From the NCBI GenBank assembly GCA_965178125.1, contig OZ237735.1, positions 434,001-498,000 of the forward strand: a stretch of DNA of 64,000 nucleotides, read 5' to 3'. The DNA comes from Bilabrum cf. latius (lineage: Eukaryota). A model generated the notes under the pieces. That model saw nothing but the letters and a program-made list of their open reading frames with translations, had not been told where the DNA came from and searched no databases. The translations under genes were made by a program, and so were the position numbers. Each line of letters starts with the position of its first letter. Position 1 is the stretch's first letter. Positions 1-13,418 of the stretch are shown in pieces.

Positions 1-1560
1 TGGAGCAGCAAGCTGAGGCGTACTGATTGATTTATTCATGCGCTCTCCCGATGCTGCATCTGTGCCGTGACCCGCCCCCGCCTTGGTCTCAGCAATCGGT
101 CTGCCACGGCTGTCCTTATTCGCAGTGGCATCCTTGCCATGGCTGCCTGTTGCAGATAATGCAATAGCTTGGCCTGTAGTATTTGTACCGCTTGCATTGC
201 TTACGCCGGGGTTTGCATCACGCCCCGGCGGGGTGGTGGGTGGCCCGCTCGATGCAATGCTAGACCGCTGACTCTGGATTTGCACCCGACTTGGGCCCTG
301 GGTCAAAGATTCACCCGAAGCAGAGCATGACTGAGCCATAGCATGGCGCGCTTGGCTCGGTTTACCAGGCTGCGTGCTCTCAATCCTGGCCTGCTCCAGC
401 TGCTGCAGCATGCCTTGGCTCAGCATCGCGTGCCCAGGCAGGGCGGCCTGCTCGGAGGACAAGGCACCGGCTCCACTCCACCAGTCTGCATCGTCTTCTT
501 CTGCCAGTTTTTTATGCTGCTTAGAGCCGTGCTAGCTGAAGTCATTCCGTTGGCGGGACGAACTCGGAAACCTGGCAGTGGCAGTGGCAGTGGCAGTGGC
601 ACGGGTGCTCGTGCTGGTCCCGGCGCTCGCTGGCCCCTCACTTGCAGGAGGCTATGCTGCTTGCATTATGCTTCCATTTCCATTGGTGATGGCAGCGCGA
701 CTGTCTTGACCTCGCTTCCACAGCCAAGACTTCAGCTCTGCAGACGTGGTTGAGTCGATGCTGCCTTGCCTGCTTCTGCTTCTGTGGCTGCCTTGGGACT
801 CGAGCACCGAGTCGGAGTCCGTGTCCACGAGAGACACCACGTCGTCATCAGCACCTGCGGTGGCTGGATTGTCCCGAACACCGAGCGCAGTGCTAGCTTC
901 TACGCCCAAGGGCACTATTGTGTTGGTTTGCGGGGTGCTTTTTGACTGCTGTGCTGGTTTGTCTACGACTGTAGCGTTTCGATCCGAAGTGGGCCGCCCG
1001 GATTCGGTGAGATCGTCGGGCTTGACGGCCTCTGTCGGCTGCTCTGTCAGCATTCGATACAGCGCATCACACTGTGGCAGAGTCAGTGGCTCTGGTTCTG
1101 TTATACCTTCCCAGTCGTCTTGCTCCCCTCGAATGATTCGAGTGCTTCTGTCATGTCCCGTTCCACTCCCAACGAGCTCGAAACAGAAGCGAGCGATAGC
1201 GGCGTTATCCATTGTGCATACGTTCCACAACCCCGCAACAAACTCCAAGTAGTCAAGTTCACCGCTGCCGTCCTTATCGAAAAGGGCAAACAGGCGCTCC
1301 ACGAACCTAGTGCGCTACAGCGAGAAGTATTCTGTCGTCTCCGCAAGCGACAGGCTACCACTCCAATCAGCGTCTGCTTCCAGAAATGTGGCGAACATCT
1401 CCCAACTACGATTTTCATCCAGATTAAGTCCGTCGAGAAACTTGCGTTTTCTCGGAAATATGCGATCATGGAAGTACTCAAGTGGTGGAAGTCCCTCCTT
1501 ATATATCTTTGATATTTCGAGCGCCCTGCTGCTGTTTTGCTGCGACAATACGCAGCCCAT
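1..1560 (-). CDS. EF-hand Ca-binding protein (calcineurin-B-like N-terminus, long low-complexity tail); 3' end outside window
   Basis: Starts MGCVLS (possible myristoylation/palmitoylation). EF loops DADWSGSLSLAE and DKDGSGELDYLE. ORFs 1315-1560 and 652-1302 join in frame through TAG at 1315 and 652. The frame has no TGA/TAA down to base 1. Confidence 0.75.
575..600. repeat. (GCAGTG)n coding microsatellite (Ala-Thr repeat on - strand)
   Basis: Tandem hexamer visible inside the EF-hand gene. Confidence 0.7.
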
Positions 1561-1880
1561 ACGGAAGTCAGTTTCAATTAAGCTATCGGATCTCCATTTG
1601 CTCCCGGGTTGATATGCGTGGGCTCGGATGAAATCTTGCGCTCAACTCCTAGTTTTGTAAGGTTGTGTTTTCGCCCCGCCGGGCCAAAATACGATTATTG
1701 TCCCAACAGCAACTACTTGAGTGCACGACCATAGTACGTCGTTCATCTACTTGCAAGCAATACTGTCTCAAGTTTATTTGTCTAATTCTTTGTAAATTTG
1801 CAAAATGGTGAGAAAAATTTGCAAGTACCGCCAAACATTGCCCCATTCCTATACCTACATGAGCAGGCGCGTGCCACGCG

Positions 1881-3188
1881 ATGTTGACTTTTCGTATCGA
1901 TGAAGTGGCATGTCCCTTTGCAACATCATTAATCCAACAGTGTCTATCCGTTAGAATTTACAAAACATATTCGCAGGACGTCCTCCAGATTCTTCTTGGG
2001 CTTATTATCGCGCTGCTGATGCTTGGGCTTGGCAGCACCACGCAGATCGAAGAGTTTAAACAGCAGGTGTACAACTGGCCAGCGCCGTTGATCGGATTCC
2101 TGTGTCAGGTAGTACTCATGCCTCTTCTCTCCTTCGCGTTTGTCGAGGCTTTCGGAATGTCGGATGCGATCTCGTTAAGTATCATTGCCATCGGTTCCAC
2201 GCCGGGCGGGTCAACTTCCAATCTCTTCACGAAGTGGTCGAAAGGTGACCTTCCGCTGTCCATTACAATGACTGTATGCAGCACAGTCCTCTCCTTTGGT
2301 ACTTTGCCCGGTCTGCTGGCCCTGTACGGGTCGCGCTACACTTCGGATGACCTACAGATTCCGTTCGGCACCGTGGCGCAGTCGCTGCTGCTGGTAGTCG
2401 TGCCGGTCTCGATCGGCATTGCCGTGCGCTACTACTCCGCCTACTGGGCCATTTGGTGCGAGAGGATCGGCACTGCCGCAGGCATCATCTTCATCGTCGC
2501 GGCGATGGTCTTCGGGTCGATCACAGAGCAGTCCATCTGGAACGCACCGGCCGGGTCGTACGTCATCGGAGTGCTGCTGCTCCTGACCGGTGCTTGCCTA
2601 GGTTATCTCCTCTCCTGGATATTCAAGTTCCCTAGGCGGCAAGCACGCACGATCGCGCTGGAAACGGGCATCCAGAATAGCGTGCTGACGATCGCGATCC
2701 TGACCCTCAGCTTCCCAGTGAAGGACGGCGCAGAAGAAGAGGCCAGCAGGGAGCTGCAGCAGGAAATCCTGCAGTTCCCACTGCTGTATTCGGTGTTCCT
2801 TATCTTCGACTCCCTGCTCCTCACCGGTATCTTCTACTTTGTGGCAGAGTGGGACCCGGAGGAGGAGAAGGCCGCAGCCAAGGCCTACGAGAAGGCGCAT
2901 CAGGAGGCCAGCGAGAGGGAGATCAACGGGGGAAAGACGAACGCGGAGATGGAGGAAGAAAAAGAGGCCAAAGAGCTAGCGGAAGGCGGTGCAGCTGGTG
3001 CGTCGGCCGACAAGGCGGACGACTTGGAGGAGGGCGGCGGAGAGAAGAAGCAGGGGCAAGCGAACGGGGGCGAGGGTGTCGGCGCTGCTTCAACCACGCC
3101 TAGCAAGAAGGACGAGGACACAGCGATCGCTAAGAGTAAGAGTGGCATCGCGCCCACCGGCTCTGACTAGGTGGTCGCTGAGGTGTGA
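1881..3188 (+). CDS. Bile acid:Na+ symporter family transporter (SLC10/BASS)
   Basis: Motifs LMLGLG, GFLCQVVLMPL, STPGGSTSNLFT..GDLPLSITMT, RTIALETGIQNS; multiple TM segments. TAG 3168-3170 read as Gln gives TGA stop at 3186-3188. Start uncertain (possible acceptor cgcag at about 1976). Confidence 0.9.
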
Positions 3189-3326
3189 CACAGCAAGGGC
3201 ATGAGAAAGCGAATTCCTGTGTGCGCGAAGCTCAGACAAGAGAGAGACTGCGTGTGTACATGTGCCAGACTCAAGCCGGCAAAACTTCTGCGTGATTGAC
3301 TGTTCTTCATCGATACATCCTCTGTC

Positions 3327-6300
3327 TCAAACGCGCGGGGACCTGCCTCGGCCCCCGAATCCACGGCCCCGACTGGACCCTCTTCCACGGCTGCCTCCCC
3401 CACCTCGACCACGACCTCTGCCTCCGCCCCTGAATCCGCCACGCCCGCGACCCCTGCCACCTCCACGACCCCTGCCACCTCCACGACCCATTCCCCTGCC
3501 ACCTTCGCGCCTGTCGAAGCCACTGTGCCCGCCATCTCGTGACTAGGACCTGCCAAACCCGGGCGACGGGCGACCCCGATCACCATCCCGACCGCGACCC
3601 TAGAAACGCCCTCGACCCCGCTGCGAGCCGAAACCGCCGCGGCCCGAAGCTCCCTGTCGTCCTCGTCCTTCGCCATCACCATCGCCATCGCCAGTACCGT
3701 CAGCCCGGAGCTCCGCCTCTGCCCGCCGCCGCTTCGCCTTGCGCCTGGCGACGTCGTCGAAGCGCCCTGCGTACTCCTTGGTCTCCTGCCAGCGCTCCTC
3801 CCTGCTGCCCTCCATGACCTTCTTGATCCTCCCCTCGTCTAGCATGTTCTCCCAGTCGTCCTGCTCCACGTCCCTGCCTTTCTGCTCGTCCTGCAGCCCC
3901 AAGGGATCCTCCTCCTCGTCCCGCGCAGCACGGGCCCGCTTCTACCCTATCGCGCTCGGTGTGCCGATGCCGGCAGCACCACTCCCGCTGCCACTCCCGC
4001 TCTCCTCGTCATCCATGTCCCACCCACCGGCATCGCCTGCGGCCCAGTACCCACTCATGAAGCTGGCTGTCGCCTGCTTGCCCGCCAGAGGTCCTCCGTG
4101 CAGCACACTCCTCACCCTGACTTCCTGATCGCCAGGTGCGCCACCACCGCCAGCCACAGTGTCCGCCCACCGGACCCGTTGTCCACCGTACGTCTCCACC
4201 ATCTCGCCATTGTCGCTGTCTGCGTCGCTGCCGCCATCGCCGCCAATTCCCTTGCCTCGCTTGTGAACGATCACCTCTTCTGCTCTGCCGGCCAGCGCGC
4301 GGCGCAAGGCGGATTTCGCGAGAGCTGACTTGGGCCGCTCGTCCGTCGTCTGTCTGTCTGCCATGGTGGCTCTCGCTGAGCTAGACGCCTTCAATGAGCT
4401 CTTGCCGCTTGACTTTGCCGCACTTGAGGTCACGGACGGCTACGTCAAAGCGCTCTTGGACGGGAAGTTACCCTTGTTCAGCTGCTCTCTTGCCGACGAT
4501 TTGCTGCTGCCCGAGGGCTGGCTCGGCCCAGCAGATCGCCCAAACGAAGTCCAGTCGACTGCCTCGTCTTTGCTTGACTCCGCAGCATCATCCCAAAGAG
4601 TCGAGCTTGCTTCGGTTGTGCCAGCCTCGTTCTGCTCCTCATCTGGCGCCGGGAACTCGAACTCCAGGGGCAGGTCGGCGATCTCGCGGTGCCGCCTCAG
4701 CGTCTCGGCCCGCTCTGCCTCCCGCTGCTTCATTGCTAGCTGCCGCCGAATGATGCGCAGCTCCTCAACCATGGTGGCGTACGGGCCACACCCCGTGCTT
4801 GAGTTGCTGGCAACGCTTCCCTTCGTTTGCTCTACCTCCTCATCATCGTCATCATCATCACCGCTGCTATCATCTGCCGAGTCACCATCATCCCAGAAAC
4901 CATCTGGAACGCGGTGGTCCTGCGGCAGCTCACCGACAGGCACCTCGCGACCATCGCGGAGGATCTTCAAACCTCTCTTGGACGACGACTTGCAACCAGC
5001 CTTTGCTGTCAGAAGCACGCCCGCGAACCTCAAGTGCCTGGGGAGGTGTACGACGGTCCAGCCTCGCAGGGTCTCTGGGACATCAGGCTCATCATCCTCG
5101 TCCTCCTCGCCTGTGCTTGCGGCACCCGGGACAGTCCTGACCCTGGTGCCTTGCTCGCCGCTCTCGTCCGTGATGGCCCCCGACTTGACGGCGTCCACAA
5201 ACTGCTGGAGGAAACGGTCAGAGTCGCTTCCATGCAGTTGCTCAACCGCTCGCTGGGCCCGTTCAGCCTCAGAGGGCTCTTCCTCATCGTTGTCGTCACT
5301 GTCAGACGGGTACTCGTCTGCATGGCCCGCAGCAATTTCATCGATCTCTTCGCCGTCGTCTGAATCGGAAACATCGGGATCACCCATGGCCGCATCGTAT
5401 TCGCCAGCGGCCTCCCCGTCAGCGTCACTATCAGCATCACTACCACTCCCGTCCTCTGCCATCCAGTTGAGCATTCCCATTACTTCCAAGAAGACGATTT
5501 CTTCCCTGGTGGCCCGGCGGACCCTGCTCCAGCCCCGAGGCCTCCAGGTGCGATTCGGACCGTTCGCGCCACTGCTAGGCGGAGGCCTCCACAGGGCGGC
5601 GGGTCCCGCGCCCAAGGCCTAATCCAGCCGGCAGTCTTCCTCGGCAATCTGCTTGACCCTCTCGTACAGCTCCTTGTGCGAAGCTGGCCTGCCCAATGTG
5701 TCCAGCCGGCTGCTGATCGCTGTCCACAATTCCTGAATGTACAGGTGAGCGCGGTCGCTGGCACAGGTGGAGTCGCTCAGAGCCACGGTCGGCACCACAC
5801 CTGACTTCCATGTCCAGTCAGAGACCGGCATCTGCGAGCCGGTGGCTGCTTCATCTGTTGGCGCTGCAATTCCGCTAATGGTTGGCTTGATGCGAGGCCC
5901 GGCCGTCGAGTCATTCGCATCATCGCCTTCCTGGTCCTAGAGACCTGCCCACACCTCTCCGCCGAAGCCTTGCAATTCCTCAGCTACACCGCTGTCACTG
6001 CTGGCCGATCTTGCTGCCCTCATCGGACTCGCGCCGATGCCGTCCTCCTCGCGGATGGTCGCCAGCACCGCTCGCGCGTTCATGCTGGAATCTGCCGTCA
6101 CGTTTGACCCTCCAGACGAGGCGCCGAGGGTCCCGTCATCGGACGTCCAAGACGCCGCACGAGGCCTTCTCACAGCCGCGAGCAATTCGGGATTGTCGTC
6201 GCCGGACGGACTCACCGCACCAGCCAAGGCTAGGATCCCGGGAACCTCCCCGCCGTCAGCTGCCTGAGGCGCGAGGCGCTGCTTTGCAGGTGTGGAAGCA

Positions 6301-8100
6301 GTAGGGGACGGATCCAGTCGCAGAGCTTCGCTGATGGCATCTGGGCGCGCGCTCGAGGCTGCAACTACCGCAGGCGAAACAGGCACGCCTCCTGCAGATG
6401 CGTGGACATGGACTGGTCCAGGGTACTTGACTCCCGACTTCTGCGGGATCCTGGAGTAGAAGAGCATGTAGGCCCTCTGAGACATCACTTGCTTGATATC
6501 CACGCTGGCCACGTGGGAGTCGTCGCAGAGGTACCACCCGCCCGCCGGCCCGCGCACGTAGCTGAAGTAGTGGCCCGAGTGCGCCGAGGACCCCGAGTGC
6601 ACAAGCACGCCATGCAGCAAATACCTGCTGGGCTGCCCCTCGGCGAGAGATTCCTCGCTGAGAGCAGGGCTGATGTCCAATTCCTCAGGGAAACCTATGT
6701 GGGTGCTAATCTTGCGTCCACCGCCGCCTCCGCCGAAGCCCATACCCCCAAGCATCATCTCGAGCATGCCCATGCCCATGCCCCCCATGCCTCCGCGCCT
6801 GCCCTTCTTCTTCCCCCCCCCTTGCTTCGTCATTCCGCCATGGCCTTGCCCGTACCCACCTCCCCCGAAGCGCCCCTAGCTACGCACGTGACCACCCCCA
6901 CCACCACCACCGCCGTGCCCTCCATGTCTGAACCGATGCCGGCCGCTCCCACCGCCGCCTCCACCCCCGAAACCCCTTCGTCCCTTGCCGCCGTACCCCC
7001 CGAGCAGACCACCAAAGGAGAAGCGCTTCAGCTGAATGGTAAGAACATTTGGCGGGTACCGCATCGTCAGCTGCTTGCGCGCCCTTGACTTCTTACCGCA
7101 CTTATCACACTTGTACAGGTTGTCAGCATCCAGCACCTCTGGAGTGGCAAATCTGCGAAGGGCATCGTCCACCGACCGAACGCCCTTGCTCAGCTCAACG
7201 GATAGGTCCAGGAAGGAATCGTAGGTGTTCGAATTGTACCCGCACGCTGCGCACCGGATCTGGCTGCGGAGGTACCCCCCAAACATGGCGTGCACGGGGG
7301 TGGTCTCCGCCTGCCTCTTCTTGGCAGACTCCTCCACCCCGGCCTGCCGCAGCTGGCACTTGTGGATGCCCTCCAGTAGGCACCGAAGGAACTCGTGGCT
7401 ATCCTCCTGGCGACCCAGCCTGAACTGCTTGCCAATGACCCGCAAGCGGCCAGTGATGCGGCGGGGCTCGATGGCTGACCGGCTGGCCAGCATCGTGGCA
7501 ATGGTGCGCGACAGGTGGTGCTCCAAATCCACCTGCTCGGCATCGCCCATCGCCCTCTGCAGGCAGTACTACGCCAAAAGCGGCGTGTGCGCGAGGCATT
7601 GCAGAGTGGCGTTCAGAAAACATGTGTTGCCCAGATTGATGAGGCCGGACGCAACGCGACGCGGCTCAGTCCATCGCAAGTGACCCTACACAAAATCAAA
7701 ATCCCTGAAAATCCACTTCTTCACTGGAACAATATCAAGTTGCTGCGGGAGATACAGCAAAGCGGCAGTCCTAATTATAGTAGCGAGCGAAGCAACCAGG
7801 GCGAAAGGGTGTGCACTCCTAGAACTACGACGCTGCTCACCTCGTCCTGCCTGCTACCTTTCGCACCCGCGGACTGCTTATCGCTCTGTTTCGCTGCAAC
7901 GAATCCCTAACTGCGTACTAGCGATACAGATGTTCTCAGTGGTATTCGTCAGACAGGACGATTTGCAAATGAGTAAGTTGTCCGATTTTGCCTCACGATC
8001 CCTGGTCTTCCTCTCGTCCGCCAGACGCAGCTTCCAACATCGCCAGCCGCATGCGCTCTTTTCGTCTTTCTTTCTTGCTTGATTTTTTCGTCTTCCCCAT
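3327..8100 (-). CDS. USP36: Ubiquitin-specific protease, USP36/USP42-like, about 1529 aa; exons 7997-8100, 7841-7910, 3327-7742
   Basis: Cys box [26 protein letters not shown], His box [15 protein letters not shown]-terminal [15 protein letters not shown] (USP36-type) and RGG tail. Six ORF fragments join in one frame via TAG; ends TGA. Introns 7911-7996 and 7743-7840. Confidence 0.85.
3330..3650 (-). repeat. RGG/RG low-complexity coding repeat at the USP C-terminus
   Basis: Repeated CCACGACC/CCGCC units translating to [15 protein letters not shown]. Confidence 0.8.
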
Positions 8101-8212
8101 TGCGCACCAGAATATTGACGCTCCTGTTTCCTGTTGCCCGCTATGCGGAACCGTTGCGCCGTCAAGCGCGGCGCCGGCGCAGGTGCAAGTGGGCGTGGCC
8201 GCCTCTCAAAAC

Positions 8213-11200
8213 ATGGCAAGCCCACCCCGTAGTCGGCGAAAGACAACGTTCTCTAGTTTATCAGTCTTTTATCGTGGTCTTAGTGAGTTGAGAAGTGGTA
8301 CATAGGCTGATAAACCAGGGCTCGCTTGCAGTATCTTGCGCCCCCAGCAATTGAGAGTTTGACCGTGCTCGCAGGCAGCGATGACATCGAAGCTTCGATA
8401 TCGGAGAGGGCAGAGTCAATTCTATACTTCTATCCGAGAACGTACTCCCTCGGTCGAATGATTCAGCACGTCAACCTATGCGCTGGCGTCGCAGACTTCA
8501 TGAGGTATGTCACACGTTTAGGATCTGAGACACTGGCACCACAATTGCTAAAGCAAGTGCTGTACAATTATTCTCTATATTTCATTGCTGCCGCAGCTCG
8601 TTTGACCGTCCATCGCTCCCACCACGAGTTCCAGCAACTGTCGACAAGGACGACCGAGCCACTGCGCAGACGCTGCTCCACCGTCCTACTGAGATCTCGA
8701 CGTGTTTGCACCAGCGCCGCTTTATCATGAGAGAAGTCGAGCCTAATTTGTGGATGGCATTAGTTCTTACGCACGGAGGTTCGAGATCTCGAGGCCATTC
8801 GGCCCCCTTCCCATCGGACCTTGTTAGCGAGGTCTCGCTGCAGAGCATGCTGCAGCAGTGGTGGGACGCCTTCCGGGTCATGCACGGGCCAGCTCTTTCC
8901 ATACTTAGCCGGGGTGAGTCGCAGTCGCAGGGGGAGGAGGGACCCGCCCACGCCCGCCTCGGCTCCCTGTGGAAGCGCCGCAGGAAGCTCAGGGTCAAGG
9001 CCAATCGGCACCTGCGCATGGCCCTCTCCTCCCCCGCCTTCGACATGGACGAAGACACCAGCAGCAGGGGAAGCGGTGGCAACCAGACGCTCAGCTGCAT
9101 CAGAGCCGCCCTGCAGCTGCAGTCACCCGGCAAGGGCGAGATCTCTGCCCACACCTCGCGATCGCCGTCCCCAGGGTCTCAATCGCAAGGGGACAGCCCC
9201 GCATCAGGCACTGCCACCCAGCACCGAGCGTAGCAGCACCTTGCACAGCTAGGTGCATGCCTATAGGAGCTAGATGAGGTCAGCTAGAAGGCAATGGCGG
9301 AATACAGGAGGGCCCCGCAGTGCAAGCTCAGGGTCTTGCTGCGATCCGTCCTGGACCTGGCGCTCTACCACAGCGACACTGGCAGGATCACTCCGATCAC
9401 GGCACTGGATATGCCCATTGTTGCCGATGCCACGCCGTTTTCGGCGCGTTGTGTAGATCAAATGTGTCGTGCCATCCGCAGCTGTACTGGTGCTGGAGGC
9501 ATCAATCGAATGGCTGTGTACTTTGACGGCAAGGTCGTGAGGGCACCGTCTGACTCCCCTGCTGAGACAGCCACGATCGGTCGCCTGCTGCGGTGGCATT
9601 CAGCCCAGGCTATAACCCCACTTGCTCCGCCCGAAGGCCGCTTGCCGGCATGGCTTTGCCGAACCAGGGATACCAACTAGGGCGGATCCGGGGCTGGGAC
9701 AAGTCATTTGCCCAGCGAGGGCAAGCATACGGACAAGGAACTGGATGCCGTAGCACCATGCGCGGCTCGTGTCGATGAACGAGCCAGCAGTGCGGCAGAC
9801 CTTGCCGTAGAGTCGTCATGGCGACGCATAGAGGCCCGTGGAATCCCTGTCGAGTTCTCGTATCGCGCTCTAGGAGGGGATGCTGCCGCTCTGCCTGACG
9901 ACCTGTCACCTGGCCTGCATGCCGAGCCGTCTTTCACGACGTCTTTCTTCCGATCCACGTCTCAGTACCATTTTGAGGGGCTATTCTTGTCCGATCCAGG
10001 CGTCCCTGATGCGCTTGAGGCATGGGCTCTTGCGCAGCAGTGGGGGGAACCCAGCGTGTCGCGCATGAGACCGCGGGGCGCTGCTGCCTCTCGGTCGGTA
10101 GCCAGCGAATCAGGATCTGTGCGATGGGAAAGCCACATGAGACACCGCTCTGAGGGTGCAGACTCTTCTGCCTCTGCAGGGGTGTCCAGCGGCGCGATCG
10201 TGGATGCTGTGAGGTCCTCGGTCGAGGGCAAGTCGATAGTATCGCCACGGTCGCGAACGGGTAGCACCTCAAGCACCCCGGAGATGGCGGAGCGGAAACT
10301 CTTCATCAATAGTCACAAGCCAGCTGCCGGTAGTGTTCCGCCGCTAGCGGCTGGGTTCCTTGCTTTGGGTAGGTTGCTGCGGTCGGTGCCACCCGGCTAG
10401 CGACACGCCGCGTGCAGAGCCATGTCAATCGGTGCGTGGTGCGTGTCTCACGACTGGCCTGGCATCGCATCCATGCGCGACGACCCGCAGCAACCACTTC
10501 GTGACGGCATTTCTCCGCTCTCTTCGTGGCTGGGCGAGTTGCTTGGCCACAGCCGTCAGCGAAAAGGCAACGAGCGATGGGGCCTATTCCTGCCTGCCGT
10601 GCACCTGCAGCATGCAGCTCCTATGCCTTCGTCTGACGAGGACAAAGCGACGCAAAATAAAGCGCCCTAGACTGCTGCTGAGACGGCTTTATCCGGTCTA
10701 TCTAGCTTCGCGGATCTTTGCAAGCGGTGTCGGCGGCCTTCGCATCGCCTCGGCCTCCTGCAGGCTGGCCGAATGACCCTGGCATTCGCCGTAGAGTACG
10801 AGCAAGGCGGCGTAGAGCATGCCGCTCTGGCGGTTATGCGAGCAATAGAAGCAGTTACATCAGGTGACGCATACAGGCCGTTTTCCGCCGCCTACGATGC
10901 TCTCGCGAGAGCCCAGGAGCTGGGCCGCATGTCACTGCAGCGAGACAGTGGCGTGTTGGCCAAGAGCGACGGGACTGAGCTGCGGCTGCTCGGCCTGCTC
11001 GGTGCAGGGCCGTGCCCGGCCTTGGCACAGCGAATGGCACAGCTACCGAAACCCATCGCTCGAAAAGTGACGGCCTACGACCTGGCAGTGCAAGGGCAGG
11101 CCTTCCTCTCGTGGCAGCGCTCCGATGTGCTCATGTCGCAGCTATCGCCACAGGCACTAGCTGTCCTGAACAGGTGCGTTGACACTATGCATCATGGTGC

Positions 11201-11711
11201 GGATATGCACAATGCTAGCTTGACGAACGCGATATGGGGGCATTATCATGAGATTGCTGCTGTGTTTGCCAGCCTAGAGGGAGTACCGCCAACGGCCGTC
11301 CTGGAGATGGTGGCGAATCGAAGACCATCGATGGCGAGGCAGGCGAAGTGCACGACCAACTTTGCGTCAGTGGAGACCATTGCTAACTATTCGAGCGTGC
11401 GAGAATTCAAACTGGCCCAAGCCGATGCTTCCCGCTCGGCAAGACTCACGCAAGCTGGCTCCAGAAAGCAGCTGTCTGCTCGAAGCAGCACCCGGTCAAA
11501 CTCTGGGCTCATTAGCCTGTCTTCGTCTCGCGCACCTGCGGTACACTTGACCAGTGGGGGACGGGTCGAAGCATCCCACTCGGTGCTTGCATCAGTGCAG
11601 AGCAGCACTGCTGGTGCTGTTGTCTTGCTTGAGGCCAGGCGGCGCACGGCGGAAGGTCTCGCAGGTCGTGCAGAAGCAATGTGCTAGTAGATATCGCCTG
11701 AGGAACATTGA
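8213..11711 (+). CDS. CCZ1/HPS4/INTU-family longin-domain protein (Rab GEF subunit-like); introns 8283-8374, 8505-8596
   Basis: ESILYFYP...QHVNLCAGVADFM and REVEPNLWMALVL resemble the first longin domain of CCZ1/HPS4. ORFs at 8706, 9294, 9708, 10422 and 10773 share a frame and are separated only by TAG. TGA at 11709-11711. Confidence 0.65.
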
Positions 11712-11781
11712 AATTGTGCAGAAAAATATATATCATGTTTGTGGAGAATCAAATGTTCAAGGCAAGGCCTTTGGGAGAGGA

Positions 11782-13365
11782 TCAAGATTGCGCCTGCCGG
11801 CTGCACTCCAGCACAACCCGGTCGAGGAACCTTGCAACGTCGTCATGAGCATCTGCACCTCGCGCAGATCCTCTCAATGCTCGAGAAGCGGACGATGAAG
11901 CAGCCCCGCCTTCAGCGACTGGGCTCCCCGCCGGCATGTGGCAGCCAGCGAGCTGGTCCAGCATCGCCTTGGCCGCCTTCCGAATCATGCCATCCTCACT
12001 TGAACCGCGTGCCGGCCTGCTACCGAATTCCCTGCAGTCTCCAGGCATAAGAAGCGCTAGTATCGCCCCTAGTATTCCCTTCAATAGGGACAGGTGCTGG
12101 AAGGAATACCTCCCACTCAGCTGGTCGGGCTGCCGAAGCATGCTCGCCACGCTCTTGGACAGCAGAGCAGGGATATTTGATGCGACAACACCATGGTATA
12201 TCCGGTACCTGTCCGAATGGCGCTCTTGCTTGGTCGAACTACCCTCCCCGGCAGCCTCCCCGAAGTTCATTGCCCAGTGCTCAAGTTTAATGCAAACCTC
12301 TACGCACCTCGCACACTCCAACAAGGTGCTCTCGCGAGCGATCCGAACGCCAGGCTCGGCCAACGCATACCCTTCCGAAGTGTCTGGTTCTAGTGGCGAA
12401 GAGGTGGACATTCGATAGGGGCGCGACCCAACACCTTGCTGCCTTGACGCTGGCAGGGAGTGGAACGACACTGGAGATATATCGGTAGACACGGTCCCCT
12501 CTGCCGTTGAACGAAGTCCTCCAGGGAGTGAACTCGACTCTCCTATAGTTGATGACGGAGACATCAGCTTCGTTGGTGTCCTGTATGCGCTTGAAACAGC
12601 CTGAGAACCACTGTGGTCCGCCACGTCCGGTCCATTGCCCGCTCCCGCTGCCACCGGCCCAGCTTCAGGACTGAATATGTCCACCTCGAGATCGCCAGTA
12701 GAATTACGAGCTGTTCTTCTTACCTACATTTGTGTCTGTAGGAGAAGTGGGGTCTGCACTGCAGCGCTGCTGGGCAGAGCCCCAGAGAGCACTCGATGGG
12801 ACACGATCGAAGCAGCTCGAAGCGTGTCAGCCAGCATTCCCTCAGGTTCTAGTCCCCGTACTTCCCATGACGTTTCGATCGTGCTAAACTCAATACGACG
12901 CGGTGACACCGAGTCCAATGATTCGATAATCGCTTCTTCCAGTGTCTCAACGAGCACTGAACTTCTCCGCCTGAAAGCGAAGCAGAACATGCGCCGCGCA
13001 CGCAGGCTACAGTTCTCTTGCATGCTGTCTGCTAGTCTGTTTACTGCCTAGATTGTTGCCTTGGATGATCGTTGCAGAAGAACGGCGAGAAGTTTGGCGC
13101 TATTTCGACCTCTGCCTGCCTCAGCGAGAGAAAACACAGACTTCCGACTGAGGCCAGCTATCGCTCTGGCTAAGTTCTCAGCGTCCTGCAGCAATAAAGC
13201 TTCTTGTACCTGTGCGATAGACATATCCACGGACGCTCGTTTGCTTAGCATGCCTACTTGAGTTGTGCTGATGAGCCGAGCAAGCTGAGGCTTCGACATG
13301 CTCGCTTCAACCAGGTGGTCGCAACCATTGCACTCAAAGCTGGCGGTCGCAAGCTCTTCAAACAT
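11782..13365 (-). CDS. Hypothetical helical protein (no family recognised)
   Basis: ORFs 13048-13407, 12724-13023 and 11782-12684 are in one frame joined by TAG; ends TGA. Start ATG at 13365 or 13299. Confidence 0.6.
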
Positions 13366-13418
13366 TGGTCCCAGATACAGTCGTATCGTTGCCAGTATGG
13401 TGTTCACCTATTAAGCAG

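Noticed and set aside
4330-5622. Long antisense ORFs (also 41565-42893, 21253-22179, 49378-50130)
   Set aside because: Shadow frames of GC-rich coding sequence on the opposite strand, with no recognisable motifs.
13405-13416. In-frame TAA upstream of the orphan gene as a possible sense TAA
   Set aside because: It lies 5' of the first ATG (13365), in the spacer before the aprataxin start, so it is probably non-coding.
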